Notes: generated by a model not told the origin, from the letters alone. A DNA stretch of 10,862 bases from Candidatus Hodarchaeota archaeon (GCA_016839785.1 JAEOTQ010000208.1:1-10862), one strand, 5' to 3'; positions 1 through 7,006 are shown, counted from the stretch's first letter. Numbers and translations: made by a program.

Positions 1-79
1 GGGTGAGATTTGAACTCACGAACGCCTACACGACTAGGACCTCAACCTAGCTCCTTTGACCTGGCTGGGAAACCCCCGC
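1..79 (-). tRNA. tRNA-Leu(GAG), 3' end truncated by the window edge
   Basis: The reverse complement reads GCGGGGGTTTCCCAGCCAGGTCAAAGGAGCTAGGTTGAGGTCCTAGTCGTGTAGGCGTTCGTGAGTTCAAATCTCACCC. Anticodon stem CTAGG/CCTAG with loop TTGAGGT (GAG at 43-41), long variable arm typical of Leu, T-arm GTGAG-TTCAAAT-CTCAC. No intron. The rest of the acceptor 3' strand lies outside the window. Confidence 0.96.
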
Positions 80-91
80 ACAGTTATAAAT

Positions 92-454
92 TTACCGTAC
101 AATAATCAAATACTCTTTAAAGGGTAGTTTGAACTCCGGTAGTACTTTTCCTGAGAATAATCGAAATGTTAGTCCACCTGATGAAAAAGAATAAATTTTT
201 TCTTTTCCAAAAGGTTTTGTTCTATAGTTAATAGCATTTAAAGCAATTTTAGCATCTTTAAATGATGGTGCTTTTTTCTTAACGGCAAGAACTTCAATTT
301 GAAGATTTTTTGCATCATGTAAATCTACAACCTTTGAAGGAATTTCCAATCTTCCTCGGAGACCCAGTTTTTCGTCTCTAAAATCTATTAACCACAGATT
401 GTTGTCGAAATCTTCCTCTAGCTGAAATACTTCTGCATTTATTAGCATAGCCAT
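92..454 (-). CDS. rpo8: DNA-directed RNA polymerase subunit Rpo8 (RpoG, Rpb8 orthologue)
   Basis: 120 aa beta-rich protein. YSFSSGGLTFRL matches the Rpb8/Rpo8 signature S.GGL..RL near the C-terminus. It lies directly downstream of an SmAP3-type Lsm gene, as in Crenarchaeota, and its ATG is 2 nt after the Lsm stop. Confidence 0.82.
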   Translation of the reverse strand: MAMLINAEVFQLEEDFDNNLWLIDFRDEKLGLRGRLEIPSKVVDLHDAKNLQIEVLAVKKKAPSFKDAKIALNAINYRTKPFGKEKIYSFSSGGLTFRLFSGKVLPEFKLPFKEYLIIVR

Positions 455-456
455 TC

Positions 457-900
457 CTACTCTTCTGAAGCTTGATCACTTGCATATCGGTTGAAAATCG
501 CCCGAACACGATCTGCAACTGGCCCTGTTCCTTCAACACCTGTTTCAGAAACTTTAACCCTTTCAAGAACTACTATCAGTCCTGCTTCATCATAGACTTT
601 TACGTCTCCAGGACGACGAAAGATCTGTTCCAGTTCATCTTTTAACCCTGAGAGATCAAAAGGAGCTTCTTCCAAATAAATCTCTGCAATTTGGTCGCCA
701 TTTAAGCAAATACGATGGATTTCGTTACTATCTTCATCACGCTTGGCTTTTATTAGTACACAAGTAAGAGTTTCTGGTGATAGTCCTTTCAGTTCTCCAA
801 CGAATTTTTTCCCATTCTTGAGGATAACAGCTACTCTTTTATTGTTAAATGCAGTGATTTCTTTTTGAAAAGTTCTTTTGGCTTGACCGACCATGGACAT
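457..900 (-). CDS. Sm-like archaeal protein with C-terminal domain (SmAP3 / Lsm + Lsm_C)
   Basis: Sm1 motif (NKRVAVILKNGKKFVGELKGLS..TLTCVL) and Sm2 motif (RICLNGDQIAEI), followed by an SmAP3-type C-terminal domain (FDL..L..ELE.IF...DVKVYDEAGLIVVLERVKVSE.GVEG.GP.A.RV). The ORF is open from 918, but ATG 900 has an SD (GGAGG, 912-908) and is the preferred start. Confidence 0.9.
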   Translation of the reverse strand: MSMVGQAKRTFQKEITAFNNKRVAVILKNGKKFVGELKGLSPETLTCVLIKAKRDEDSNEIHRICLNGDQIAEIYLEEAPFDLSGLKDELEQIFRRPGDVKVYDEAGLIVVLERVKVSETGVEGTGPVADRVRAIFNRYASDQASEE

Positions 901-1013
901 GTATAAGCCTCCATACAAAACAAGCAGATATCGTTATCAGTAAATCCTTTAGATTTTCAACCAAAATTTGCTTCGTAACGGTAATCTGGCTCGTTAATTG
1001 TGCAATTATCTTG

Positions 1014-1028
1014 TATATATATTTTTTC
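1014..1028 (-). promoter_or_regulatory. Putative BRE-TATA promoter for the SmAP3-rpo8(-tRNA-Leu) unit
   Basis: The minus strand reads GAAAAAA-TATATATA, a purine-rich BRE abutting a consensus archaeal TATA box, about 115 nt upstream of the SmAP3 start. Confidence 0.55.
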
Positions 1029-1123
1029 TGAAGTCCTGTAGCGAAAATTGACAATTCAGATTGATGTAAGCCGTTCGAAGGCTAAAAAGTCAGTACCAAT
1101 AGCTTTAACAACGAAAACTCAAC

Positions 1124-1432
1124 TTACATCTGTTCAATAGCTCTAGTCTTAACTAGGAGAGACCAATCAAGATTTAGCTTCATGAGTTTTTCCAGATTCA
1201 TTTCTTCGCCTTTCTTCTGCCCAAAAGCTAATACTATATCTCCCATATGCACATCAACAAATTTTTCTTCTGTAAGGGTAAATTTATATTCAGAATTATC
1301 ATCTGTTAGGATTACATAGGCATCCTCTTTCTCTTTTATCTTGCAAAAAAATTGAAATTTTGTTTCATCAGTAATATTGGCTAGAGATAAGATAGTTATC
1401 TCTTCATAAGGTCTTATGGACGTTCTGCTCAT
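1124..1432 (-). CDS. Small single OB-fold protein, RPA14/Rpa3 (Ten1-like) family
   Basis: 102 aa with the pattern seen in archaeal RPA14: N-terminal RP..E..I, 'VILTDD' (cf. L.DGTG), 'GDIVLAFG' (cf. G..VRV.G), and a C-terminal helix 'LDWSLLVKTRAIE' (cf. D...L...R.LE trimerisation helix). SD-like GAGAGG upstream. Recognised by eye, not by HMM. Confidence 0.62.
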   Translation of the reverse strand: MSRTSIRPYEEITILSLANITDETKFQFFCKIKEKEDAYVILTDDNSEYKFTLTEEKFVDVHMGDIVLAFGQKKGEEMNLEKLMKLNLDWSLLVKTRAIEQM

Positions 1433-1608
1433 TATAATCCTCTCTTGTTAGCTGATTCCATTTTTATGATTGAAATAATTAATATTTCTTATTCCTCGGT
1501 AATTCTTTCTTATTAAGTTTCAGAGTGTTACCAAAAAAATCCCAGCTTCCTTAAAACTTTAGGAGGATTCTGCTTATACTGAGCACAAATTGGCTGGAGA
1601 TAATTTTA

Positions 1609-1947
1609 ATGGATTTTTGTGAATGTGGAGCCCTTCTTGTCCCTGATAAAAAGACAGATGGAACCATCGTAATGAAATGCAATTCTTGTGGGAAAACCAT
1701 TGGTGCGGCTTCTAATTCAAAAGCTTTTGAGATTAAACAAACCATAAGACACTCTGATTTAGAGAAAACAGTCATAATTGACGATGAAAATGAAGTTGAA
1801 ACTATGCCCTCTGTTACAGCAAGTTGTGAAAAATGCGGCCATCATGAAGCTGTATATTGGCAGCTTCAGACAAGGAGTGCAGATGAAGCTTCCACTACAT
1901 TTTATCGATGTAAAAAATGTAAATTTACTTGGCGTGATTATGGATAA
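1609..1947 (+). CDS. tfs: Transcription elongation/cleavage factor TFS
   Basis: Two zinc ribbons. The C-terminal one, CEKCGH.EAVYWQLQTRSADEASTTFYRCKKC..TWR, retains the catalytic DE hairpin. Confidence 0.96.
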   Translation: MDFCECGALLVPDKKTDGTIVMKCNSCGKTIGAASNSKAFEIKQTIRHSDLEKTVIIDDENEVETMPSVTASCEKCGHHEAVYWQLQTRSADEASTTFYRCKKCKFTWRDYG

Positions 1948-1963
1948 GAGTACTATTAAGACT

Positions 1964-2644
1964 TCAGTCTTTTTTTACAATCATGACGGCATGTTTTTTT
2001 TCAAATGGATCAATAGTTGAATTTTCGAGTACTTTGAGTCCAAAATTGTTTTCTAATATGTTCATCTGTTTAGAAAACACTTCTTCTGGTTCAAGAGCGA
2101 CATTGATACTTTGAGACTTGATTGCTATGATACCTACTCCTCCTGGTTTGAGGTAGTCCTGAGCATTTCTCCCAAAAATTGTTGCCTGTTCTGGTTGAGA
2201 AACATCTTGATATAGAAGATCAACATCAAAAACATAAGAAGAATACTCTTCTGGCCTTCTAGCATCAGCAAGAATTGGAATCAAATTTGGCCGCTGCTCT
2301 GCAAGGCGATAAAACTTTCTCATGACTTTTGGAGAGAATTCAACTCCATATATAAATCCATCATCTAGGATATCTGAAAAATGAGAAGGAGTTGTCCCTG
2401 TAGAAACCCCCAGATAAAGGATATTCTTTCCTTTTAATTGTGGAAGGAGTTTCATCCCTGATAAGTAGGCTGCAGCAAATTTGGATCGAAATGGATCCCA
2501 AAGACGATATTCCTCGTTATTAGCCTTGATTAACCTTTCGCCATACACAGAAGTTCCAGGTACTTGATTTCGTGTAGCAAGACGATTTTTTTGATCTATT
2601 TTAATCTGATACATACCCTCGATCATTGTTTCTGTTACTTTCAT
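1964..2644 (-). CDS. flpA: Fibrillarin-like rRNA/tRNA 2'-O-methyltransferase
   Basis: Motifs VYGERL, EYRLWDPFRSK, ILYLG.STGTT.SH.SD, YGVEFS, RPNLIPILADAR.P..Y, YQDVSQPEQA. Downstream of nop5, with SD GGGTGA upstream. Confidence 0.98.
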   Translation of the reverse strand: MKVTETMIEGMYQIKIDQKNRLATRNQVPGTSVYGERLIKANNEEYRLWDPFRSKFAAAYLSGMKLLPQLKGKNILYLGVSTGTTPSHFSDILDDGFIYGVEFSPKVMRKFYRLAEQRPNLIPILADARRPEEYSSYVFDVDLLYQDVSQPEQATIFGRNAQDYLKPGGVGIIAIKSQSINVALEPEEVFSKQMNILENNFGLKVLENSTIDPFEKKHAVMIVKKD

Positions 2645-2674
2645 TCTTTCACCCTGAGAACCTTAGATTTTTTT

Positions 2675-3961
2675 TTATTCATTCTTCTTATTACGTCGTC
2701 TTTTCTGTTTGAAGTCTCTTTTTGTCCCAGATTGCTTCGGTCCCTTTTTATATGGCTTTCCACGTTTGCCTCTAGGTTTGTAATCCTTTTTCTTCGATTT
2801 TCTTGTTCTTTGTTTCTCAGAGGGTTCGGGGAAATTTTCTTTTATTTCTTCTATTCTCTTTTCAAGATCCTCCACTAGAGTTGGGGCAATGAACTCACCA
2901 CTGAAGAAGTCAACACGCGAGGCAATACTAAGTTTTCCAGCTAATGCCCTGGCAATTTTCCCCCTTTGATGTTTTTTCGCAGAATGGATGTATTGAGATT
3001 GAAAAATAACGCCGTGTTTTGGAGGATCCTCTCCTGATCGTAGATGTCTGAATAACGCTTTTTCTGCACCTAAGACTTGAACCGTTCCTGAAGATCGTTT
3101 TGCAAGATTCTCCAAACTCCCTGCAAGCGAGATGAGTCGCGCTCCAAGTAAACTTCCGACAAGGAGTTGTAAGTTTGGAGCTACTTCCTTCATACTTTCC
3201 TCAATGTATTTTTCTAAACTTTCTTTGGTGTTAAGGATTTCTACTCCAAAGGATGCTAGATTGGATATCGGGTTCATATCATATGTTGAAATATCTGCAC
3301 CAAGAGAACTTTCAGCAGCTTGATGAATTAGTTCTTGTCTTCTTTCGGGTAGTGAATCAATCTCCTCTGATTCAATCTCTGATCGAACTTTTCCCCTCAT
3401 GTTTGAAACTAGTCGTATGTATTGATTATTATCTCTTACCAGATCCAATAATTCAGGAAAATGAATCCCATACCATTCTGAAAGACGAGCATAGATCAAA
3501 TTCAGAATTGAATTAATATCATCTATACTATTTATTGCTTGAGCAAGATATTTATCCCTTGCCTCTACCTTTTCCCGTAAAAGAGTCTGTGTGTGAACCA
3601 AAGACTTACTACGCATAAGAGAAATAAGTTCTGTTGGACTAGTTAGATCTAGTTTCTCTATAAGATACTCATTTATCTTTGATCTAAATATAGAAAATTC
3701 ACCCGTACTTGCAAAACGAACCTCTTCGTACCCAGTTTGCCGTAGATAATCAATAATCAATGCATTGTCAGAAACAATTTCCTCAGTCAGCTCTGGTAAA
3801 GCCCTTCGTATTTCTTCCTCATGCTCAAGAAGAAACGCCTGAAATTGATCAGCTAATATTGTTTCATTATTTGTAAACATAATGGAATCAAATATAGTTG
3901 CCGAATCGGAGGTTATTTCTCCAAAGATAACTCCTGTCGCTAAAACTAGTACACCTTTCAA
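2675..3961 (-). CDS. nop5: C/D box sRNP scaffold protein Nop5 (Nop56/58)
   Basis: Motifs RLSEWYGIHFPEL, APNL..LVG.LLGARLISLAGSL..LA, TVQVLGAEKALFRHL, PPKHGVIFQ, RGKIARALAGKLSIASRVDFF. TTG start with SD GGGTGA upstream. Basic C-terminal tail. Confidence 0.98.
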   Translation of the reverse strand: MKGVLVLATGVIFGEITSDSATIFDSIMFTNNETILADQFQAFLLEHEEEIRRALPELTEEIVSDNALIIDYLRQTGYEEVRFASTGEFSIFRSKINEYLIEKLDLTSPTELISLMRSKSLVHTQTLLREKVEARDKYLAQAINSIDDINSILNLIYARLSEWYGIHFPELLDLVRDNNQYIRLVSNMRGKVRSEIESEEIDSLPERRQELIHQAAESSLGADISTYDMNPISNLASFGVEILNTKESLEKYIEESMKEVAPNLQLLVGSLLGARLISLAGSLENLAKRSSGTVQVLGAEKALFRHLRSGEDPPKHGVIFQSQYIHSAKKHQRGKIARALAGKLSIASRVDFFSGEFIAPTLVEDLEKRIEEIKENFPEPSEKQRTRKSKKKDYKPRGKRGKPYKKGPKQSGTKRDFKQKRRRNKKNE

Positions 3962-4157
3962 TTTTACTCACCCTATTAGATATTTCACGCAAAGATACTA
4001 CCAGATATAATTCTTTCTTTTGGAAGCATTGGAAACCATAAATTTCTCAGAATAAAAAGGCACCCTCTACAATGTTCCTAGACAATCGAAAACTGATATT
4101 TTTTTCTCAAGAGCAAAACATATAATGAGGTGGTTGAAATGAATGTTGGAATAGAAA

Positions 4158-4343
4158 ATGATGCGACAAAAGCCAATAAGTATCAAAATTCCTGATCAAA
4201 TACTTATCTTAATTGATAACTTTGTACGTCTAGGCCAATATGAATCAAGATCGCATTTTTTACGTATTGCAATTGAGGAATTGCTTAAACAGGAAAGGGA
4301 GACATGGGATAAACTAGTGGATCAGATTTCGCACAAAGAATAA
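4158..4343 (+). CDS. Ribbon-helix-helix (CopG/MetJ/NikR-like) DNA-binding protein
   Basis: 61 aa. Beta ribbon PISIKIP, helix DQILILIDNFV, then G.YESRSHFLRIAIEELL, matching the RHH pattern G...SRSE..R.A...L. Confidence 0.88.
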   Translation: MMRQKPISIKIPDQILILIDNFVRLGQYESRSHFLRIAIEELLKQERETWDKLVDQISHKE

Positions 4344-4355
4344 TCTTGATGCTAT

Positions 4356-4946
4356 ATGCAATCATTTTCTCAGGATGAAAAACAACAATTACTACTCGCA
4401 TCAGGAATTTTCGTGTTAGTGGAACTATCATTCCTGCTTAAATACTTAGATTTCTTAGATTTCGTTGAACTATTAGTTGCAGGATTGTTGATTCTTCCAT
4501 TATTTACATTACATGAACTGGCCCACAAATATACCGCCTTACGGATTGGATTTCCCGCAAAATTTTATTTGGATCAAAATATGGCTATGCTTTCTTTATT
4601 TACGGCATTGTTGCCCATAAAAATTATTGCTCCAGGTGCAGTTGTTTGGTATGGAAACCCTTCGATTAGAATCCGAGCGAACGTCTCATTAATGGGACCA
4701 TTAGTTAATATCTTTATTGGAGGAATTTTATTACTCTTTTCAACCTTTCTCCCTCCTTCATGGTCATTAGTCATGATGTTTATCAGCAGAGCTTCTTTTA
4801 GTCTCGCAGTTTTCAATTTGCTTCCTTTCTCTATTTTGGATGGGAATAAAGTATATCGATGGAATCAAGAGGCCTATTACGTTATATTCGGTTTTACAGC
4901 TCTGATTTGGCTATTTCATCCTCTGGGTATTTTAGGTGGATTCTAA
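4356..4946 (+). CDS. Site-2 protease family (M50) intramembrane zinc metalloprotease
   Basis: Very hydrophobic 196 aa protein with HELAH (HExxH), APGAV, GP..N and NLLPFSILDG (NxxPxxxLDG). All three zinc ligands are present. No PDZ or CBS domain. Confidence 0.94.
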   Translation: MQSFSQDEKQQLLLASGIFVLVELSFLLKYLDFLDFVELLVAGLLILPLFTLHELAHKYTALRIGFPAKFYLDQNMAMLSLFTALLPIKIIAPGAVVWYGNPSIRIRANVSLMGPLVNIFIGGILLLFSTFLPPSWSLVMMFISRASFSLAVFNLLPFSILDGNKVYRWNQEAYYVIFGFTALIWLFHPLGILGGF

Positions 4947-4948
4947 GC

Positions 4949-5362
4949 ATGGAATCATTAACTTCAAGAGAAAGGAGTTCGCTGGTGATAGCAATTGGAC
5001 TCATTTTATCGTTGGTGCTAACTCGTTTTTTATTTTCGGGTGAAAATCATTCAGTTCTGCATATATTATGGGGGATTATCGCTATAATTTTTTCAGTAAT
5101 TGTCGCTTATACCTTTGTTTTCCAAACAAAATATTTCTATGGGAGAAATGAAACCTACACATACTCTTCGAAAACCGATTCTTTTAGTCCAAAGATAATT
5201 CCCCCTTCCAAATTAAAGAAAAAAACACAGATTGAGGGACGATGCAATCAATGTGGAGTATCAGCTCTATTGGGATTCACTTGTTCTTACTGTGGGGAAT
5301 ATTATTGTGCAGATCATCGACTCCCTGAAAAGCACAATTGTTTTGGACGATACAACACGTAA
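4949..5362 (+). CDS. Membrane protein (2 TM) with C-terminal AN1-type zinc finger
   Basis: ATG 4949 is 2 nt after the protease stop and is preferred over 4859, which overlaps the protease by 88 nt. Two hydrophobic helices, a Ser/Pro/Lys-rich linker, then C-x2-C-x9-C-x2-C-x4-C-x2-H-x5-H-x-C (CNQC...FTCSYCGEYYCADHRLPEKHNC, 5243-5341), which is the AN1 pattern. Confidence 0.88.
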   Translation: MESLTSRERSSLVIAIGLILSLVLTRFLFSGENHSVLHILWGIIAIIFSVIVAYTFVFQTKYFYGRNETYTYSSKTDSFSPKIIPPSKLKKKTQIEGRCNQCGVSALLGFTCSYCGEYYCADHRLPEKHNCFGRYNT

Positions 5363-5369
5363 AACGGAT

Positions 5370-6836
5370 TTAAGAAGAAGTAGCATGAGAAATTTCTGAT
5401 AAAATGAGATTTAGCAATCCTAAACTGATAAATAACAGATATAATGCATTGAACAGATAAAATCCACCAAGGATCCAATACTTGACAAATCCGAAAATAA
5501 GAATAACCATGCAAGTTAGTTCTAATATTGTATACTTATCCAAAGGAATATGGTCATGAATTTTCTGTTGAGACACATTTTTACCTTCTGATAAGTCATA
5601 TTTTGGTGTGCGTTCAAATTCTCCTCCTTTCCTTACAAAACCTGAGAGAGTGCCAACGGCCATTCGTACAATTAACCCTCCTCCCCAAAAGAGGAAAAGA
5701 GGAATAAGGAATATATCCCAAACCGGCCTTCCAGAACGGAATATGGCAGTTGAGTAGGCCAGAACCCCACATAGAGTAGCTATCGTGAAAAGTATACCAA
5801 AAATCGAAAATATCTCTGATTTGAATGACGGATTAAATATCAAAAGAGCACTTGTGATTGTATTGATTAATATCATGAGGGGAATGAGATACTGACCTAG
5901 GTGAATTATACCTTGAAGCTTACACATAATTGAGCAATTAGGACATAAATGTAAAAATGAGTTTAGATTCTTTTTAATATTTTGTGAAAAGCCCTTAGAC
6001 CACCTACTCTGTTGTATAATCCACGAGCGAAGAGTTGGGGGTATTTCTTGATTATTAATTACTCCCGTTAGATAGAGGATCTCAAAACCCCTCATTTGAG
6101 CTCTATACGCGAGATCTAGATCTTCTGCCAGAGTATCTGAAGACCATCCTCCACTTGAATCAATAGCCGCTCGCCTCCAAATACCGCCTGTACCATTAAA
6201 TGTAATTTTCGCGTTGACACTTTTCCGTCCAATTTTCTCCACCAAAAAGTGCCCATCTAATCCGATCGACATGGCACGAGTGAATATTGAATATTTGAGG
6301 TTTGAATAACCCCATCTCGTCTGTATGGCTCCAATATCACCTCTATTCTTGAAAAAATGTATACATTCATTTAAAAATTCTGGATTAATTACAAAATCTG
6401 AATCAAAAAGGGCAACAAATTCAGATTTGTCCTTATCTAATCCATTTCTCAACGCACCTGCTTTAAATCCTTCTCGTTCAGATCGCCGAATTATATCTAT
6501 TGTAACTCCTTTCATTTTTAATTTATCGGTGTTTTCATTTATCAATCGCGAGGTATCATCTGTAGAATCATCAAGAATTTGAATTTTTAGACGATCTACA
6601 GGATATACAATATTTTCGAAATTCTTAAGGGTCTTCTCGATAATCTTTGATTCATTATAAATTGGTAGTTGAATAGTAACTGAAGGAAGTTCCAATTCAC
6701 TATATTTCTCTTCAGGTACGGGATCCTTCCAGTTAGCTGAAGAAACTGTAAGAAAAAACAAATTGATAGGATAAGGAATAATAATAAGAGCAGATAGTAT
6801 ATTTAAGCTTATAATGATTCCAAATAGTATATCCAT
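5370..6836 (-). CDS. Processive GT2 glycosyltransferase, cellulose-synthase-like (CslA/CesA-type beta-glycan synthase)
   Basis: N-terminal TM helix, then QLPIYNE, LDDSTD, GFKAGAL, FDSDF (DxD), FNGTGGIWR, TLAEDLDL, QQSRW (QxxRW), several C-terminal TM helices and EFERTPK. Confidence 0.92.
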   Translation of the reverse strand: MDILFGIIISLNILSALIIIPYPINLFFLTVSSANWKDPVPEEKYSELELPSVTIQLPIYNESKIIEKTLKNFENIVYPVDRLKIQILDDSTDDTSRLINENTDKLKMKGVTIDIIRRSEREGFKAGALRNGLDKDKSEFVALFDSDFVINPEFLNECIHFFKNRGDIGAIQTRWGYSNLKYSIFTRAMSIGLDGHFLVEKIGRKSVNAKITFNGTGGIWRRAAIDSSGGWSSDTLAEDLDLAYRAQMRGFEILYLTGVINNQEIPPTLRSWIIQQSRWSKGFSQNIKKNLNSFLHLCPNCSIMCKLQGIIHLGQYLIPLMILINTITSALLIFNPSFKSEIFSIFGILFTIATLCGVLAYSTAIFRSGRPVWDIFLIPLFLFWGGGLIVRMAVGTLSGFVRKGGEFERTPKYDLSEGKNVSQQKIHDHIPLDKYTILELTCMVILIFGFVKYWILGGFYLFNALYLLFISLGLLNLILSEISHATSS

Positions 6837-7006
6837 ATGACAATTTTCCCAATAGTTAAGTTGTGTAAGAAAAAGAAATATTTATTTTATTCCTTGTTTT
6901 TGTACACTAAATATATTGCATTCTCATCAATAGATAAATTATACAGAACCAGTGGATAGTAATTAAAAATGCTATGAAATCTCCAATATCCTATAGGTGT
7001 TATGAT

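Noticed and set aside
378-566. 62-aa minus-strand ORF
   Set aside because: Out-of-frame overlap with SmAP3 and rpo8, and no recognisable motif.
845-1054. 69-aa minus-strand ORF
   Set aside because: Runs through the SmAP3 promoter and 5' end, with no protein-like features.
919-1123. Possible C/D box guide sRNA near fibrillarin/nop5 (several CTGA motifs)
   Set aside because: No RTGATGA C box with correct spacing to a D box on either strand here, or in the other intergenic regions I inspected.
1609-1630. TFS N-terminal zinc knuckle is CxC (CEC) instead of CxxC
   Set aside because: A one-residue variation with all four cysteines retained and the catalytic C-terminal ribbon intact. Not evidence of an inhibitory TFS4-like paralogue.
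1551-2020. ORFs 1551-1775 (-) and 1778-2020 (+)
   Set aside because: Shadow or alternative frames of tfs.
2564-3516. Plus-strand ORFs 2564-2878, 3132-3323 and 3253-3516
   Set aside because: Antisense to flpA/nop5. The Phe/Leu richness of the first simply mirrors the Lys-rich Nop5 tail.
4127-4160. SD-like GAGGTGG followed by in-frame ATG-TTG-GAA-TAG just before the RHH start (possible uORF or amber read-through)
   Set aside because: A TATA-like CATATAAT at 4119-4126 would place the TSS downstream of this SD. The RHH domain is complete from 4158, and the window shows no sign of recoding machinery.
4859-4948. Longer N-terminus for the AN1 protein
   Set aside because: It overlaps the protease by 88 nt. 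ATG 4949 is translationally coupled and aligns with the protease N-terminus.
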